Assembly: GCA_951406725.2 (NCBI GenBank)
Contig: OX597825.1
Location: 14,900,001-14,962,000 of the forward strand
DNA from: Octopus vulgaris
Lineage: Eukaryota
Direction: 5' to 3'
DNA length: 62,000 nt
Positions 24,650-38,622 of this stretch are shown piece after piece; position 1 is the stretch's first letter, and each line of letters starts with the position of its first letter. Made by a program: the position numbers and the translations under genes. The notes beneath the pieces are model-generated. The model was not told the origin of the DNA and ran no database searches. It saw only the letters and a list, made by a program, of their open reading frames with translations.

Positions 24650-27150
24650 TGATAAAAGCAGTCATGTTTGGAAAACATGTATGTGTATGTAAAATGTTCG
24701 TGATAAAGCGTGACAGAAAACTGAAAATATTATCGATAAAAGTTGCTGACATCCCCATGATTGCCAATGGATCACAGTTCTGCTGCATTTCGGATTCTGC
24801 TTGAGAGAAATACTGATTATTATCCATCCTAGACTAAATATTAAATGAATATTGGACGAGATTCTCAAGGAACAGAAGTTAAAAATTCATTCAGATCATA
24901 TGAAATTTAGTTAAGGTGGCAACTCTTAAATGTAAAGAGCTTACTTTTTTTTAAATGTGCCGGCCTCTACACGGAGTGAGCTTCATGAAAAATGACAATA
25001 TCCTGTAAACATGCAGAGGTCCGCAAACAACTGTGATTATAACGTATGAACCCAAACGCATGCGGTCGTCGAGATGGGGATTATAGATTAGAGGCCATTG
25101 AAGAAGTTCTTGATAGACACCACCTTGAAGTGGATGAACTTGTGGCTTGACGAAATACTGACTAAATTCGTAGATTTGCTACTGGAAAAGATGTCAAAAG
25201 CAACCCCGACCGATACCTGTGAATAAATTTTGTATAAAGAAGTCAAATAAAGTATTTAGTAACAAATAAAGGAATTAAATAGATTTGCCTGTATAAGCCT
25301 GGCATCATCATTTTTTATTTCTCCCATGAGAATGGTACCAAAATAGCACTCGCTAGATGGGGCCCATTTTTATGACTACCTGATTATTTATGTAAACCAT
25401 ACTTCCAGCACCCATGGCTGATGTAGATAACTATATTTATCAAGGATTGTGGGAGCGTGATTAGCCACAAGACTCTTTTATTCATCCATCTCATTCTAGA
25501 ATCACATTACTGAATGTTGTATGCACTTCCGGTGAACGTGATGCCAAAGAATATAATACTTCCTTTGACAGCTTTCAGTTTCAAATTAAGCAGATTTTCT
25601 CTTACTTGTCGCCATTCACTCTGAGGCCGTCAGCGCCTAATCGAGATATGTGCAGTGGAAATCTTTCCTAACACAAAAACATCTTGAAATCCGCCAGGGA
25701 ACCCTCTGCCATCTAATCAATGAAGATGTATACATCTCTATTTCAGTAAAACTTTGGTTTTGTAAAGATATAATACCCTATAATGAAAGAGCGCATCTAA
25801 ATAAGCAATCAATTTGAGATCAGGTTATTCTAGAATGGACTGTAATCTATACATTCAAATGCAAATATTATCGCTCTTGGTATTTTCAAATTTGGTGAAG
25901 GACCCTTCTAAAGTTAATAGACGTTGTTGACAACTACATTGATATTCTCGCTTCCCTTGGTCATTACGAAATTTATAAAGTAAATGCTAATAAATATTTT
26001 TTACGCAGTAACCGTGCATTTGATATTCTTGTCGCTAATATTAAGTGTCATCGACCCTTTCCCAAGAAGGTGCAGTGTGTCTTTCCAGTCCACTGAAGAG
26101 ATAACATGTTCCAAACAAGATCAGCAAAACGGTGCACACAGATCACACGTATGCAAAATGTGGAGTGAAGGCCATATTCATCATTGGTCAGTACTTCACA
26201 TCTACACCTATGGATTTGTCTGTCCACAGAACTCTGCACAACGTATCTATAGATCCCACGTTGTCCAGATTTAGAGAAAACCATAACTCAACTGTGTAGC
26301 TAGTTGTGGATAAGTAGGTTCGTTAAATAGTTCTTAAATGATTCGACGGTATTTTAGATTAGAAATAATCGATGCCTGCTTCTTGTCCATCAATATTCGA
26401 ATTTCATGTAAATAGAGGTCTTCGATGTTGAACAACACGTACGGAATGGACATTCTGTCTCCCTAGCAATCGATAGTTAGTAGTGCTACTATTTCCGAAA
26501 TAATCGGTCTTCCAACAAACAGTCGTTCGATTTTGCTCGCAACCCTGAGCCGCAACAGATATTTTCAGTTGCTGCACTTATTCCTCGGATTATACTTGTT
26601 TCATTCTTCATGTCTGAAGTGCGTGTTGTTTTACGCGTGAGATACGCAAGACTATTTTTCAGTATGATCCAGGACACTTTTATTCTTATTCGGACATGCA
26701 ATGCTCTGTTCGGACCACAGCCTAGTCTGCGTGCTTTTAACGACCTGTTTCAACATGAACAGCGCAACTGCACTTAAGTAACCAGACATATCATCATAAG
26801 AGTCGTTATTATTATTTGCAGTTCGTGTAACGTGTGTGGGTAGGTTCCAAATTGATTAAACGAAGATATCACTGATTAGTTCACGTGAGCTATGTTTCAA
26901 AAATCGGTTAACATTAATGCAGTAATCACCATTTTCATATTAGATGATGTTTTTGAGACTTTACCATTATTAGTTGCATTCGCATCCCAGTCGTTTGCAA
27001 CACTTTGGTGACCGCAGGTGGCCTTAATTATTGACCACGAAGATCGGAGTAGAACTGAACTTTCAGAAGATTGTTCTTTAACCCTGCCGCAATTGTTGCT
27101 CATAAATGTCAACAGTTTAGGAGGCAGTACTGGTCAAGGTGACCACCACA
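24650..27150 (-). mobile_element. degenerate Ty3/Gypsy LTR retrotransposon gag-pol
   Basis: Ordered minus-strand motifs: ICCGSGLRAKSNDC (knuckle-like); FECIDYSPF (RT CIDYR); AYLDALFHY; RWQRVPWRIS (RxPFGL); WRQVRENLLNLKLK; TGIG..YQELL..LGSYVIITVVCGPL (RNase H); LVQYSFNI*SR; HALSR. LTRs were not identified. Confidence 0.6.
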
Positions 27151-27188
27151 TAACGGTACAAAGCAATTTCAGATTTCCAAGAAATATA

Positions 27189-27415
27189 TTGGGTTATCCG
27201 GAAAGTTCTTGCCGATTTTTGAAGGAAAGAAAAAAGGTCAATAAATACTTGCCAATATATTTTTAATCAACCAAATATGAACCATTTTGTTACACAATGC
27301 GTCTCCATCTTTCCTTTAACTTGAAAATACCCTCTTCCGAGAATTGAGGTTCCTGTGAGGGTAAGTCGAAAAGTAAGCTACTATAAAATCGGCACGAACT
27401 TTCCAGACAACCTAA
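27189..27415. mobile_element. mariner-family MITE (227 bp)
   Basis: TIRs ttgggttatccggaaagttcttgccgatttt and aaaatcggcacgaactttccagacaacctaa, flanked by TA on both sides. Internal sequence is shared with 45875-46335 and 53720-54215. Confidence 0.85.
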
Positions 27416-27809
27416 TACTTCCTACAATTGTCAACAGCAATCGAGACTGATATATACTATTTTAGGAGTTCGTTGGAAGCAGCAACAATACCGAAATGAC
27501 ACTTACACACCCGATCTAATTTAGAAGTACTTGTGCAGCGATGAAGAATAATGGTAAGGAATGATTTTGGCACATATTATATGTAGCAATTTCTTAAGCT
27601 TCTGGGAGTTCTATCATAGCTGGACAGTTCTGAATCTAGTTACCTGTTGTAAGCGTATACTAGTAAAGGTAATGGAAATTGATCACATTGATCCCGATTA
27701 CTGCTATTTCTACACCAAGGGAACAATATCGTTTTGCTTCTTTTTTCTATCTGTCATATTTTACTTGTCTGATTTTCTATCTATCTGTCTGCCTCTTTCT
27801 CTCTCACTC

Positions 27810-27811
27810 TA

Positions 27812-27888
<77 letters not shown>

Positions 27889-28125
27889 CTATATATCTAT
27901 TTATCTATCTGGCTATCTATTTATTTATTTGTGTATCTATCTACACACACAGACTCACATACACAGATGTGTATATACATGTTTCTGTGTGTTTGTGTGT
28001 CTATGTGTTTGCGTGTCTGTGTGTCTGTGCGTCTGTGTGTGCGTTTGTTTCTGCAGGGGGCTTTGTGCATGTGTGTGTGTGTGGTGTATGTGAGTGTTTT
28101 ACTTCCTATGTGCGTGCATGTGGTT
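27810..28125. repeat. (TATC)n then (TG)-rich microsatellite
   Basis: Directly visible. Confidence 0.95.
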
Positions 28126-28894
28126 GTACGCACGCGCAGGTTCCCAAGTGAAATATATTACGAAATCTACCATCAAAAATTTTAACTATCACGAGAAAGC
28201 ATTTTTAAAAACTATTTAACCTAATTTAATTGAAATGAGAAATTGAACGTAGTTTAAACATATTTGTCTTTTTAATTCAATTTCATTTCAAATAAAGGAT
28301 GCTTTATGTAAAAGATCTCCATCAAATGAATTCCATTGTCTATAGAAATCATGGTTGACCATCATTTAAAATCAAATATGAGTAGGAAATATACTCTGCT
28401 TCCTTCTAGACTTATATAACATGTCTACGGTTTTGTATCCCGTTATCTAGTTATAATTAATTTCCATTGAATTCAAAACAGTTCATTTCCATTCACTATA
28501 AATTAATTAAAGATTTGGCTATATTTATTTGTTTGTAACCACAAATTTCATAAATGTTATAAATGAGATAGACAAATAAAGAAATGATAACAAAGAAGGA
28601 AAGTTATAAATAATAAAACACACATGAAGAAAATAAATCTGAAAGATGTTTCTGATTGAAATTAAATTATATTTAAAATTTACAATCGTTGAAAACGATT
28701 TACAAATATATAATTGTTGATGTTTATGATAACCTTGGTGATGATGGCGAAGATATTGATTATAGTGTTGGTAGTAGAGTTAGTTGGAATACGATAGGAA
28801 TAATTCAAAAGAACATCATTTTAAACATCGTCATTTTCATTTCCCATTTGTTATTTGCAGCATGGTCACCATCATTATTCTTATTAAACAACAA

Positions 28895-29430
28895 TTAATC
28901 ATCCTTATCATCATCAGTCTCCGCATCATTATTTTCAGTATCATTATAATCATTGTCGACTAGGTCACGATCATCAATCGTAGTCGTCATCGGAACCATC
29001 ATTGTCACCACCACAATCATCATCATCATAAACATCACCATCATCATCACCATCATCATCAACACCATCTTCACCATCACCATCATCATCGCCATCATCG
29101 CCACCATCACAAACATCACCATCACCATCACCACCATCACCATCACCACCACCATCACCATCACCATCATCTCATCACCATCACCATCACCATCATCTCC
29201 ATCATCATCATCATCACCACCATCACTATCACCACCATCAACATCCACCTCCTCCTCATCATCATCATGATCATCACTATCATCATCACCATCACCATCA
29301 TCACAACCACCACCACCACCACCACCATCACCACCATCACCACCATCCTCATCATCAAAATCAATTACATCGCCCTCCTTCATTGTAAAGGTCGTCGTCG
29401 TCGCCGTCGTGATAGTTATTATCATCATTT
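28895..29430. repeat. long (CAT)/(CAC)n trinucleotide repeat
   Basis: Directly visible. It produces the poly-D/G/M/V and poly-I/T/S ORFs. Confidence 0.95.
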
Positions 29431-29582
29431 GTCTTCATCTTTCATGACATTTCTTTCAACTCTATTATTAATTTTAAAGTACTGTATCTTGAATTAAATC
29501 ACTAGTATACATTTATACACACGTCTAAGCGAATAAGACGCAAATGTGTATAGTTTTGTCTATGATATCCTTCTTACTCTCA

Positions 29583-29629
<47 letters not shown>

Positions 29630-29879
29630 AATATATATATATATATATATACACATACATGAACGCATACATACGTATATATGTATGTCTATATATAGAT
29701 ATATATATACATATATACACATACATGAACACATACATACGTATATATGTATGACTATATATAGACATATATATATATATATATATATTAAATGGAGAAA
29801 TACAATTGACAATCTAACAATTTACACGCAATTACATATATATATAAAGTTGAAAAAGAGGGTTACTCTAATGTGCGTG

Positions 29880-29910
<31 letters not shown>

Positions 29911-30419
29911 TAGAGTAACCCTCTTTTTCAACTTTCTAAACATTTACCTACCACCGCTTATCTTTTTGAAGTTTTCGCTCAGAAAGTCATTTTTTCAGAA
30001 AGAAATGTTTATCTCTTATATAACTTTCTCTTATATAAAAAAAAAATGCTTGTCCAGATTTATTTATTCTTGGTAAGACAAAGATAAGTGGCAATTAATA
30101 TAATGGGGAAAGCAACTTGCAAAGCTGAGGATAGAGCGCAGGTATTGGGCAAACACCTATTTTTCGCAGGCTTTAAAACACGCATAGTGTATCCAAATAT
30201 TATTTAGCCTCTAGGTACATGGCCTATACATGTTAAAAATCTGGAAAATTGAGAAATAACGAGAAACCGAGAAAAAGATTGAAGGTGGATTCAAAACCTG
30301 GTCCGGAGAATGAAACTGAAAATGAAAGGAAAAGACAAAAGGAATTAGAGTTATGTCCCTTATTATCAAAGGACCTTAAGGCGAGATTGTGTGGAATCAA
30401 CGATAAAGCTGCTCACTCC

Positions 30420-31070
30420 GGAGAGGGTGGTGCTCTCCAATTCACCAAAAGAAACTTGGACAATTGTTTACAATTTCTGAAAATTGTTTACAATTGTCAT
30501 CTAAAATTCAGCAGTAAGTTGGAATACTTACATCTAAAAATGATGTGAAGTAATTCATCTATGCATAACTCTTTTTGTTCTATTAATATATGGCATAGAT
30601 TTGTCTGCGACTTTCCATTCTACGACTTTCTATTCGTTTGCATGTTGGTCTACAAACACGATACGTAGCTAAATAACATAGAGGCTTTACTTTGTCCATG
30701 AGCAAGAAAGAAGCTAGGTGTTAACATAACGGCTTTTGAAGTCGCTATCGCAGAACGCGATGCAGTTCTTATTTTTGGTTAAGTTAGCATGTAACGTTGC
30801 TGCAACATCTGGTTTATCATGCAGCTCTGTTCGAGTGGACAAGCTCCAAGGAGTCGACAGTTTGTTGATGTTTGCAGGTAATAATTCTAGTTGTAGTGGA
30901 GAAACAGCTCTATAATGATTTAATCGAGCGTCTGCATTTGTGATTTTCTAGGAAATGTTTATTTGTGAAAGGCAGGAATCTTTTATCTGCATTAGTTTTA
31001 ACATTTAGGGAGAAACAAAATAACCCGTTAATGAAGTTCATGACATAATTTTATTTATTTCCTTGACATT
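30420..31070 (-). mobile_element. Penelope-like element 3' end with GIY-YIG endonuclease remnant
   Basis: Minus-strand motifs in order: GYFVSPLNVKTNADKRFLPFTNKHFLENHK; TNCRLLGACPLEQSCM; NCIAFCDSDFKSRYVN; EWKVADKSMPY; ELCIDELLHII; LLNFR..NCKQLSKFLLVN. This matches the PLE thumb/GIY-YIG/C-terminal order. Confidence 0.75.
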
Positions 31071-31191
31071 TTAATTTGTCAGTACTGTTCTGTAATCGAC
31101 CTACACTTGGATCAGTAACTTTTGTACACAGAAATCTAACACCAGGTTTGTTAATATATCTATGCCTACGTGAAATAGGCTAAGCATTATA

Positions 31192-31426
31192 GCTATTTCT
31201 TTACTACACACAAGGGGCTAAATACAGAGAGGACAAACAAGGACAGACAAACGGATTAAGTCGATTATATCAACCCCAGTGAGTAACTGGTACTTATTTA
31301 ATCGACCGCGAAAGGATGAAAGGCAATGTCGACCTCAGCGGAATTTGAACTCAGAATGTAGCGACAGACGAAATACTGCTAAGCATTTCGCCCGGCATCC
31401 TAACGACTCCGCCAGATCGCCGCCTT
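31192..31426 (-). mobile_element. SINE family A, full length
   Basis: Reverse complement of family A. 12-bp TSD ctaagcattata at 31180-31191 and 31427-31438. Confidence 0.92.
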
Positions 31427-31698
31427 CTAAGCATTATACCTAGCGTGGAAATTATATATGCGAGAGTTGCTATGAGCTTATGTTATGTAGAACAGATATG
31501 ATTAATGAATTATGAATAACTACGTATATTTGAAATTTTGGTGAGTGAAAGTATATTTCATTTCCCGCCTGTTTATTTTGCTGTTATAACCACAGGTAGC
31601 ACGCATTTTATGCTAATAATGTTCTTTCCACAGCAAAAATTTACATTGTTAGTTTGTGTATGTGTGTGTGTGTGCGTGTTTGTATGTTTTTGCATGTG

Positions 31699-31730
<32 letters not shown>

Positions 31731-31794
31731 CTTGCGTGTATGTCTCTGTTAGTTTGTTTTCGTGTCTGTTTGCCCCCACACACACACACACACT

Positions 31795-31964
31795 TGAGAA
31801 CCGGTGTAGGCTTGCTTACAACTCCGTAACTTGCTGTTCAGGAAAATTGGACAGACACAGCTAAGACAATGGGACCTGGTGTCGATTCATTCGGCTAAAA
31901 ATTGCTTAAGGTAGTGCCCCAGCACGGCCGCAGCCTAATGACTGAAATCAATAGTAAATAAAAG

Positions 31965-31965
<1 letters not shown>
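31795..31965 (+). mobile_element. SINE family B, diverged 3' part
   Basis: cttgagaaccggtg...ccgtaacttgc...ccccagcacggccgcagcctaatgactgaaa is homologous to the family B 3' half. Confidence 0.7.
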
Positions 31966-32152
<187 letters not shown>

Positions 32153-33119
32153 GGTTGAGCCGTTAATTAGACTCATTTAAAACTATGTAAATATATATAT
32201 ATTGTTCATATTTTAATATGTGGAAATAGTATTAGATGATCAGTACGGAAATCGAATTACGAATACCGATAAAGAATATTAATGATGTAGATAATAATAA
32301 TTTTTGATGATGATGCTGATCATCATCATCACCCTACACATCTTTCTCATTATGATCGTGATAATAATGGCAATGCGACACTTCCTGATAATAAAAATAA
32401 ATCTATCACTTTAGAGTTTCATTAGTGTTATGAGGGTGGTATTTATAATAATGATGAGGATGGAAATTAATTTCGTTTTAAATCATCAATCTCGGCAACA
32501 ATACAAATTAGATGAAGAGAAATACCGAGGCAAAAATGTATGAATATTAATGAGCTGTGCAAAAGTTTTTATTAACTTTTGTGTCCGTTGTTTGCGAGAA
32601 GGTAATTACGTACAATATGAATGATTGTGTGCCCCTAGTGGTTTATACAATCACGTTAAGTAGGCAAGTGTTTGGTAAACTGTAAATACATTTGTTGAAG
32701 CTTGCAAGAACTTTAAATTACACGTAGTATATTAAAGTTGAGAAAGTCATTTTCGATATATCGGTATGCATCAGACATTAGTGGTTTGCAAAATAGACAG
32801 GGTGTGGAGCAAATTATGATATTATGCTGTAATATGTTAGGTTAGGTCAAACATCGTTCGAACTTTAAATCGTAGTTTTGGGAATGGTGCAAATCCTAAG
32901 TTTGAATAATGCTGATATAATCGACTGTTTATTTTACCATATGCTAACAAATAAATGTTATACATCTGATCTTTCCACCATTATGATTTAATATCTCCAA
33001 ATGTTTCCTTTTTATTTCTCTTCGTTCGGCATCGTTAAAACAAGATGTTGGTAAACGGAAGAGGTCGTATAACATATCCATTGTTATGTAGTATCCTCAT
33101 CCTCATCCTCATCTTTCCT

Positions 33120-33184
33120 CTTCTTATTATTATTATTATTATTAGTATCTTCTTATCTATTTATTATTATTAGCATTATTATCA

Positions 33185-33249
<65 letters not shown>

Positions 33250-33258
33250 TCATTATTA
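33120..33258. repeat. (TTA)n/(AGT)n microsatellite
   Basis: Directly visible. Confidence 0.95.
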
Positions 33259-33264
33259 AAGCAG

Positions 33265-33372
33265 AGCCCATAGCACGCCGAAGAAAATGCTTAAAGTCAT
33301 TTCGACCGTCTTTACCTTATGAGTTCAAATTCCACCGATGTCAACTTTGCTTTCACCCTCTCGGGGTCGATT
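33265..33372 (+). mobile_element. SINE family A, 5' fragment
   Basis: agcacgccg...gagttcaaattccaccgatgtcaactttgc...tcggggtcgat. Confidence 0.75.
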
Positions 33373-33374
33373 AG

Positions 33375-34232
33375 CGAGTCTCACCGGATTGTAGAATCCC
33401 GCAGTATCTTAAGTTCTTTGTTCTCGATAACTCCTTCTGGTTATCGTTAGCACCATTTCCGCGCGCTCTCTTCAGACCGTATTTTCACATAGCCTCCAAT
33501 GGATGAACTTCGCCACATTTTCGTGCCTTCTGTTATAGTACTTTTGTGCCAGCTTGCTACACTCACTCATGATATGTGAGATTATTTCGTTTCTGCTGCC
33601 CCGCATACTACTCTTATCTATTTGGGAATTGGTGTAATTAGTTCTCAGAGCTAGTTAGTGGGAGCTGCATATCAATGCCTCAGTGCATCCTTTCAAATCA
33701 CCTTTCTTAGGCATCTCCAAGTGTCTTTTCTTTCGATTCTTCTGCCCATGCGATTATCCCTGCTCCATATCTAAGGATTGAAACCGCCCAGGTGCTGGTA
33801 TCTTCAATCTTATTCCGTTCGTTTAATTTCGACTTAAGGATCAGTCTCAGTCTGCTCAAGTACGCCACCTTAAATTTTTCTGTCATTTTTCTCCCTCAAC
33901 TTATCCATTTCCAGTATACCCAAGTATTCATAGCCCGTCTCATCTCTGTGCTTCATAACTTCCCCCGACGGTATCGTTAACGCATCCATACATTTGACTT
34001 TTGCTTCTATTCAAGACTAACACACCAGTCTTTCTCTGAACTCTATTTTGAAATCAGCACTGAAGGTACACACCGTATCAGCGAGGGAACTGATTTCGGC
34101 TTCATCTTTACCATAAAGTTTGAGGTTGTCCATGAATAACAATTGACTGAAATTTTGTTGGCGGTTTTTGAATACATACGCAGCTTTTGCTTTCCTCAGA
34201 ATTAGTGTTAGTGGTATTAAGCACATTTGTAC
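33375..34232 (-). mobile_element. R4/Dong-like RLE non-LTR retrotransposon remnant (RT to CCHC region)
   Basis: LIPLTLILRKAKAAYVFKNRQQNFSQLLFMDNLKLYGKDEAEISSLADTV (RT YxDD region), then LALRTNY..IDKS..EIISHIMSECSKLAQKYYNRRHENVAKFIHWRLC (knuckle region). Confidence 0.85.
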
Positions 34233-34244
34233 TATGTCATTGTT

Positions 34245-34675
34245 GTTATTATTATTGAGTGAGAGAGCAGCGCATGCCATCAAAGTGACGTTGGGGCAAA
34301 ATATACAAAGCCCAGTATACCCATCATGACTACCCGTCTGATAAGGGTACACTAGGCACATGCATCACAACCATATGTGCGCAGCATGGCGATCTCATAT
34401 CAAGATAAACAGCGCATTACCTTGCAGGTGGAGCCCAGTTAGAATTTTGTTTTTGGTCGAGTAATCCATCCCACTCAAAAGGTCCCTGAATAAGGGTTGT
34501 TTAAGGATGTTGAATGAAACACCCATGTTTCCAGAGGTGAATTATTCAAACCCCACAGAATCCTACTCAACACATGGCTATGATGCTTTCCCACTACTTC
34601 TGCTCGTGATCAGAGATGCACATATCGTGGGCCACTAAGGGACATGCGCAACTGGTTAAGGTCAAACAATTGACA
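34245..34675 (-). mobile_element. non-coding interspersed repeat with (AAT)n tail (SINE-like/LINE-mobilised)
   Basis: On the minus strand it ends ...gctctctcactcaataataataac. I recognise it from recall as a common octopus repeat. It abuts the LINE RT. Confidence 0.55.
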
Positions 34676-35199
34676 TGTATTAGTAGTGGTAGTAGTAGTA
34701 ACAACCGGCGTTATTATTATTATTATTGTTATTATTCTTTGGGGAGAATCAACGCTTGAATAAATGCTATAACAAAAATTACCCCATCAACTTATACCAA
34801 GGAACGTCCGTCTTGTATAATTTGCATATCTTGTAAAATCATTATTGTTCCACCGTTATGGTGGAATATAGTCTGTCGTCTGTGTATCATCATAACAACG
34901 ATGAGCCGACTGGTTGTGTACAGAGAATCTAATCCAGGAATCTAATCCACAGAGAATCTAATCCACGGAAAAGAATATGTAGTTTATGCATATAACTGAA
35001 ATAAAATTTCTGTTTTGTTTTGACAATTCAAGTACAAATATTGTTTCAGAGGAATACGTAGTATTGCATATCTTCATCAAAGAAACGCACGCAAAAGAAA
35101 AAAATACATACCTGCTGAACAGAAAAGGTTGTTTACAACAATTGTAAATATTTACAAGAACAATGGACTGGAAAATAACATACACACAAATAATATACA

Positions 35200-35600
35200 C
35201 ACAGGTAATATATGCACAAAGATGAAGACGATAAAAACCAGCGAGCTGCAAGCAAAACAATAGCTTCAACGTCAACATACATAACTCAAGCTGCAACAGA
35301 AACATGTCTTCCAACAGCAACAGGAACAAAGAAAATCTCTAGCAGCTGTTCCTTAATATTACATGTAACATGGTTGTATTGTAGATTTCGCTCAAATCAA
35401 GTCAGACAATGAAAAAGGTAGTTTGAAAAATGTAGTTTGTCACAAATATGAGAATGAATGTCTTTGCTTGAAAACTTTAGAGTACAAGTACGAAGGTGAC
35501 TCAACATTACTTTGTGAAGGACGGATTTGCCCAAATACATCTTCAAGGAAAAGCCAGATTTACCGAAATTGCTGGATAATATATAGTATTTCATATTCTA
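35200..35600 (+). mobile_element. possible Gypsy gag remnant
   Basis: A Q-rich segment ELQAKQ*LQRQHT*LKLQQKHVFQQQQEQ, then DNEKGSLKNVVCHKYENEC and DLPKYIFKEKPD, weakly resembles invertebrate Gypsy gag N-termini. Confidence 0.25.
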
Positions 35601-36170
35601 TGTAGATACGGCATGCGGAAGAGTGTATGTGGTCCGCAAAAAGCGACTAAAATCGGACCGATTCAGCGCCACAAACCTGAGCATGGGTTACTGTAACATA
35701 TTAGGTAACTAACATGATTGCTGTAGCAGGACATATTAGCCTCCTAACTTGTGAATACAGATATATGGACTCTCAGACTATCGCCATATATAAGTTATCC
35801 AAATGGTAGTTGACGAATTTTGGAGTGACGTAAAATAAGGTGACTGTTCGGCACAGCCTGGTTCTGATGAGTTGAGAACACATTAGAGCTTTAGCATACC
35901 TGCATACCATTGCTGGTGTAGATAAAATGTTATAAGAAAAAGTGTTTCTGATAGAAGGCTCAGCTGTCAACCGCCTGATCGCTTAGAGGTACTTAAACGA
36001 AACTCTTTGAAAAGGTAAGAAATGAAAGAAATTAATCAACAGCGGAAACAGAAGTTGCTACGGTAGTACCAAATCCTGGAGTCAGTTGTTTGTATAATAC
36101 CACATCCTCATATTTAGAAGGTGATGGGCGGGGTCGGGTTGCCTTCACCAACAAGTAAAAGGAAGACGCT

Positions 36171-36577
36171 CTTACTCTTTTGCTATGTTATTGGTTTCAG
36201 TCATTTTGACTGTGTCATGCTGGGGCATCGCCTTTAGTCGAACAAAGGATCCCAGGAATCATTCTTTGTAAGCCTAGTACTTTTTGTATCGGTGTCTTTT
36301 GCAGAACTGCTAAGTGACGGGGACGTAAACACACCGACACTGGTTGACAAGTGATGGTTGTGGGGAGTCAAACACAGACACACACACACACATACACACA
36401 CATACACGACGGACTTCTTTCAGTCATTCGGTTTCCGTCTACCAAATCCGCTCACTAGTCTTTGGTCGACCCGAGACTACAGTAGACGACACTAGCTGGA
36501 GATGCCACGCAGTGGAACTGAACGCGAAACCATATGGTTGGTAAGCAAGCTACTTACTTCACAGCCACGCTTGCGCC
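36171..36577 (-). mobile_element. SINE family B
   Basis: Colinear with 13742-14187. Confidence 0.9.
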
Positions 36578-36979
36578 AAAGATAATGATAATAGCAAAAT
36601 CACAATGTTATCTTTGTTTAAAATACTTTTGTATGATAGCTATACACTCTTGTCATGATTTATTTATGATAGGTTTATGAGAAATATATATTTGTAGAAG
36701 ATAAAAGAGGCAATGATGAATATAAGCTACTGTAAATATACAAATGGAGTAGAAATATATCTGAAGTTGTGTGAGTGCAGACACATCAAATTTTAAACTA
36801 TGTATTTAGGATATAATGAATTGTATTTGTTTAAAGATTTCCCACGCCGTCGCTTGAATAATCGACATATGCAGATTAATATACATGATATAAGCGGAAA
36901 AGGAAAAACAGATATTTGTGAAGTAATCTTAATGAATGGTGTAAATAGAATTATGGAATTGAACATGGGTGCTCTTTTT

Positions 36980-37204
36980 TCTCTTTTACTTCTTTCAGTC
37001 ATGTGACAGTTGTCATGCTGGAGCAGCGCCTTTATTCGAGCAAATCGAGTCCAGGACTTATTCTTTGTAAGCCTAGTACTTTTTTCTATTGGTTCCTATT
37101 GCCGAACCGCTAATTTACGGGGACGTAAATACACCAGCATCGATTGTCAAGCGATGTTGGGGAGACAAACACAGACACACATATACACAAACACACACAC
37201 ATAT

Positions 37205-37254
<50 letters not shown>

Positions 37255-37415
37255 GACGGGCTTCTTTCGGTTTCCGTCTACCAAATCCACTCACAAGGCT
37301 TTGCACGGCCCGAGGCTACAGTAGAAGTCACCTGCCCAAGGTGCCACGCAGTGGGGCTGAACGCGGAACCATGTGGTTCTTAAGCAAGCTACTTAACACA
37401 GCCACTCCTACGCCT
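36980..37415 (-). mobile_element. SINE family B
   Basis: Colinear with 13742-14187. Confidence 0.9.
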
Positions 37416-38477
37416 CTAATAAGAAGCACTCAAAGATGATCAGGGAAGTCAGTTCGAGTACACATTCTATAGAGTAACAGGTTCAAATGCGAATTTATCA
37501 AGTTTACCCACAAACATACGAGACAAAAATGTAACACTCTATTACAAATGCAAATATATTTACGGCATATATTTCCCAAAACACACAAGCAAACATTTTG
37601 AAACTACTCATCAAGCATAAAAAAAATTGTCATTATTTGAAATGTCGATCGCCGAGTTGATCTAACTCATCGAGTTATATCGAAGCATATTCATGAGGCT
37701 AATAAAAAAAAAAGTTATTGCTTTGTTAGAGCGGGAAGAGTTAGTTATCAAATTATTTGGTACTACGTTTCAACTAGTACAGGCAGAAACTAATTTACTT
37801 TCGTGGTTTGGAGTCTTCCAAACATCAAGGATTGAAACATTCTATTAATTATTTGTAAGATAATTACATATTTGTTTATAACATAGTACATTTATGTAAA
37901 TAATTGAACTTTACTTTGAAAGTAAGAATAATGCTACTGGGAAGTATAATTGTTAAGATTATTCACAATAGGGGTCTCTTTCTTTGTCTTCTGATTAAAC
38001 ATTTTCTATCAAAAATTAAGTGTTTAGCACTATACTTGGCGATGATTACCCGAAAATGTATCCACTACTTAGTTCCGTCTAGCAAAATGACATAGTTAAA
38101 AACAGCTTTGAGGAAAATATGATGAAACGTCTAGAATAAAATCTAAGCTGTGTCATCTAATCTTCATAAGAAAACCAAGCTCAACTATGATTGTATTGGC
38201 TCGTTTTGAAAAATATGGTTACTCTTCCACACAACACATGACAAAACATGCGTAAAATCCTAGCCATCTTTTTCGCCAGATAAGATCTACTACAGAATAT
38301 CTATTTTATACTGCTTTGAAAGTATAAATGCAGCATTCGGTGAACGTTTCAATGTTAAGTACATAGCATTTCTTGCTAAATATTTCACAATGTCTGAAAA
38401 TAAGACAGAAGAAAGAAAGCGAAAGTGTACACCAATACCCTATTATATTTATGGAGATTTTGCAACAGAAATTTTAT

Positions 38478-38622
38478 GCAAATTCCGCCGAGGTCGACTT
38501 TGCCTTTCATCATTTCGGGGGTCCGCTAATTAAGTACCAAATTTAATCGACTTAATCCCTTTGTTTGTCCTTGTGTGTGCCCTCTATGTTCAGCCCTTTG
38601 TGGGTAATAAAGAAATAAGAAA
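38478..38622 (+). mobile_element. SINE family A, 5'-truncated
   Basis: caaattccgccgaggtcgactttgcctttcatc...gggtaataaagaaataag. Confidence 0.85.

Noticed and set aside
28895-29428. 177-aa acidic/Met-Val ORF and overlapping Ser/Thr/Ile ORFs
   Set aside because: Products of a (CAT)/(CAC)n repeat.
30249-30548. 99-aa plus ORF with a strong CA/GTAAGT donor
   Set aside because: Its 3' part is antisense to the Penelope-like C-terminus, and the nearest acceptor leads to stops in all three phases.
35085-35165. PAR-bZIP-like RKRKKYIPAEQK...KNN
   Set aside because: It lacks the YWxRRxKNNxAAxRSR basic region and any leucine zipper.
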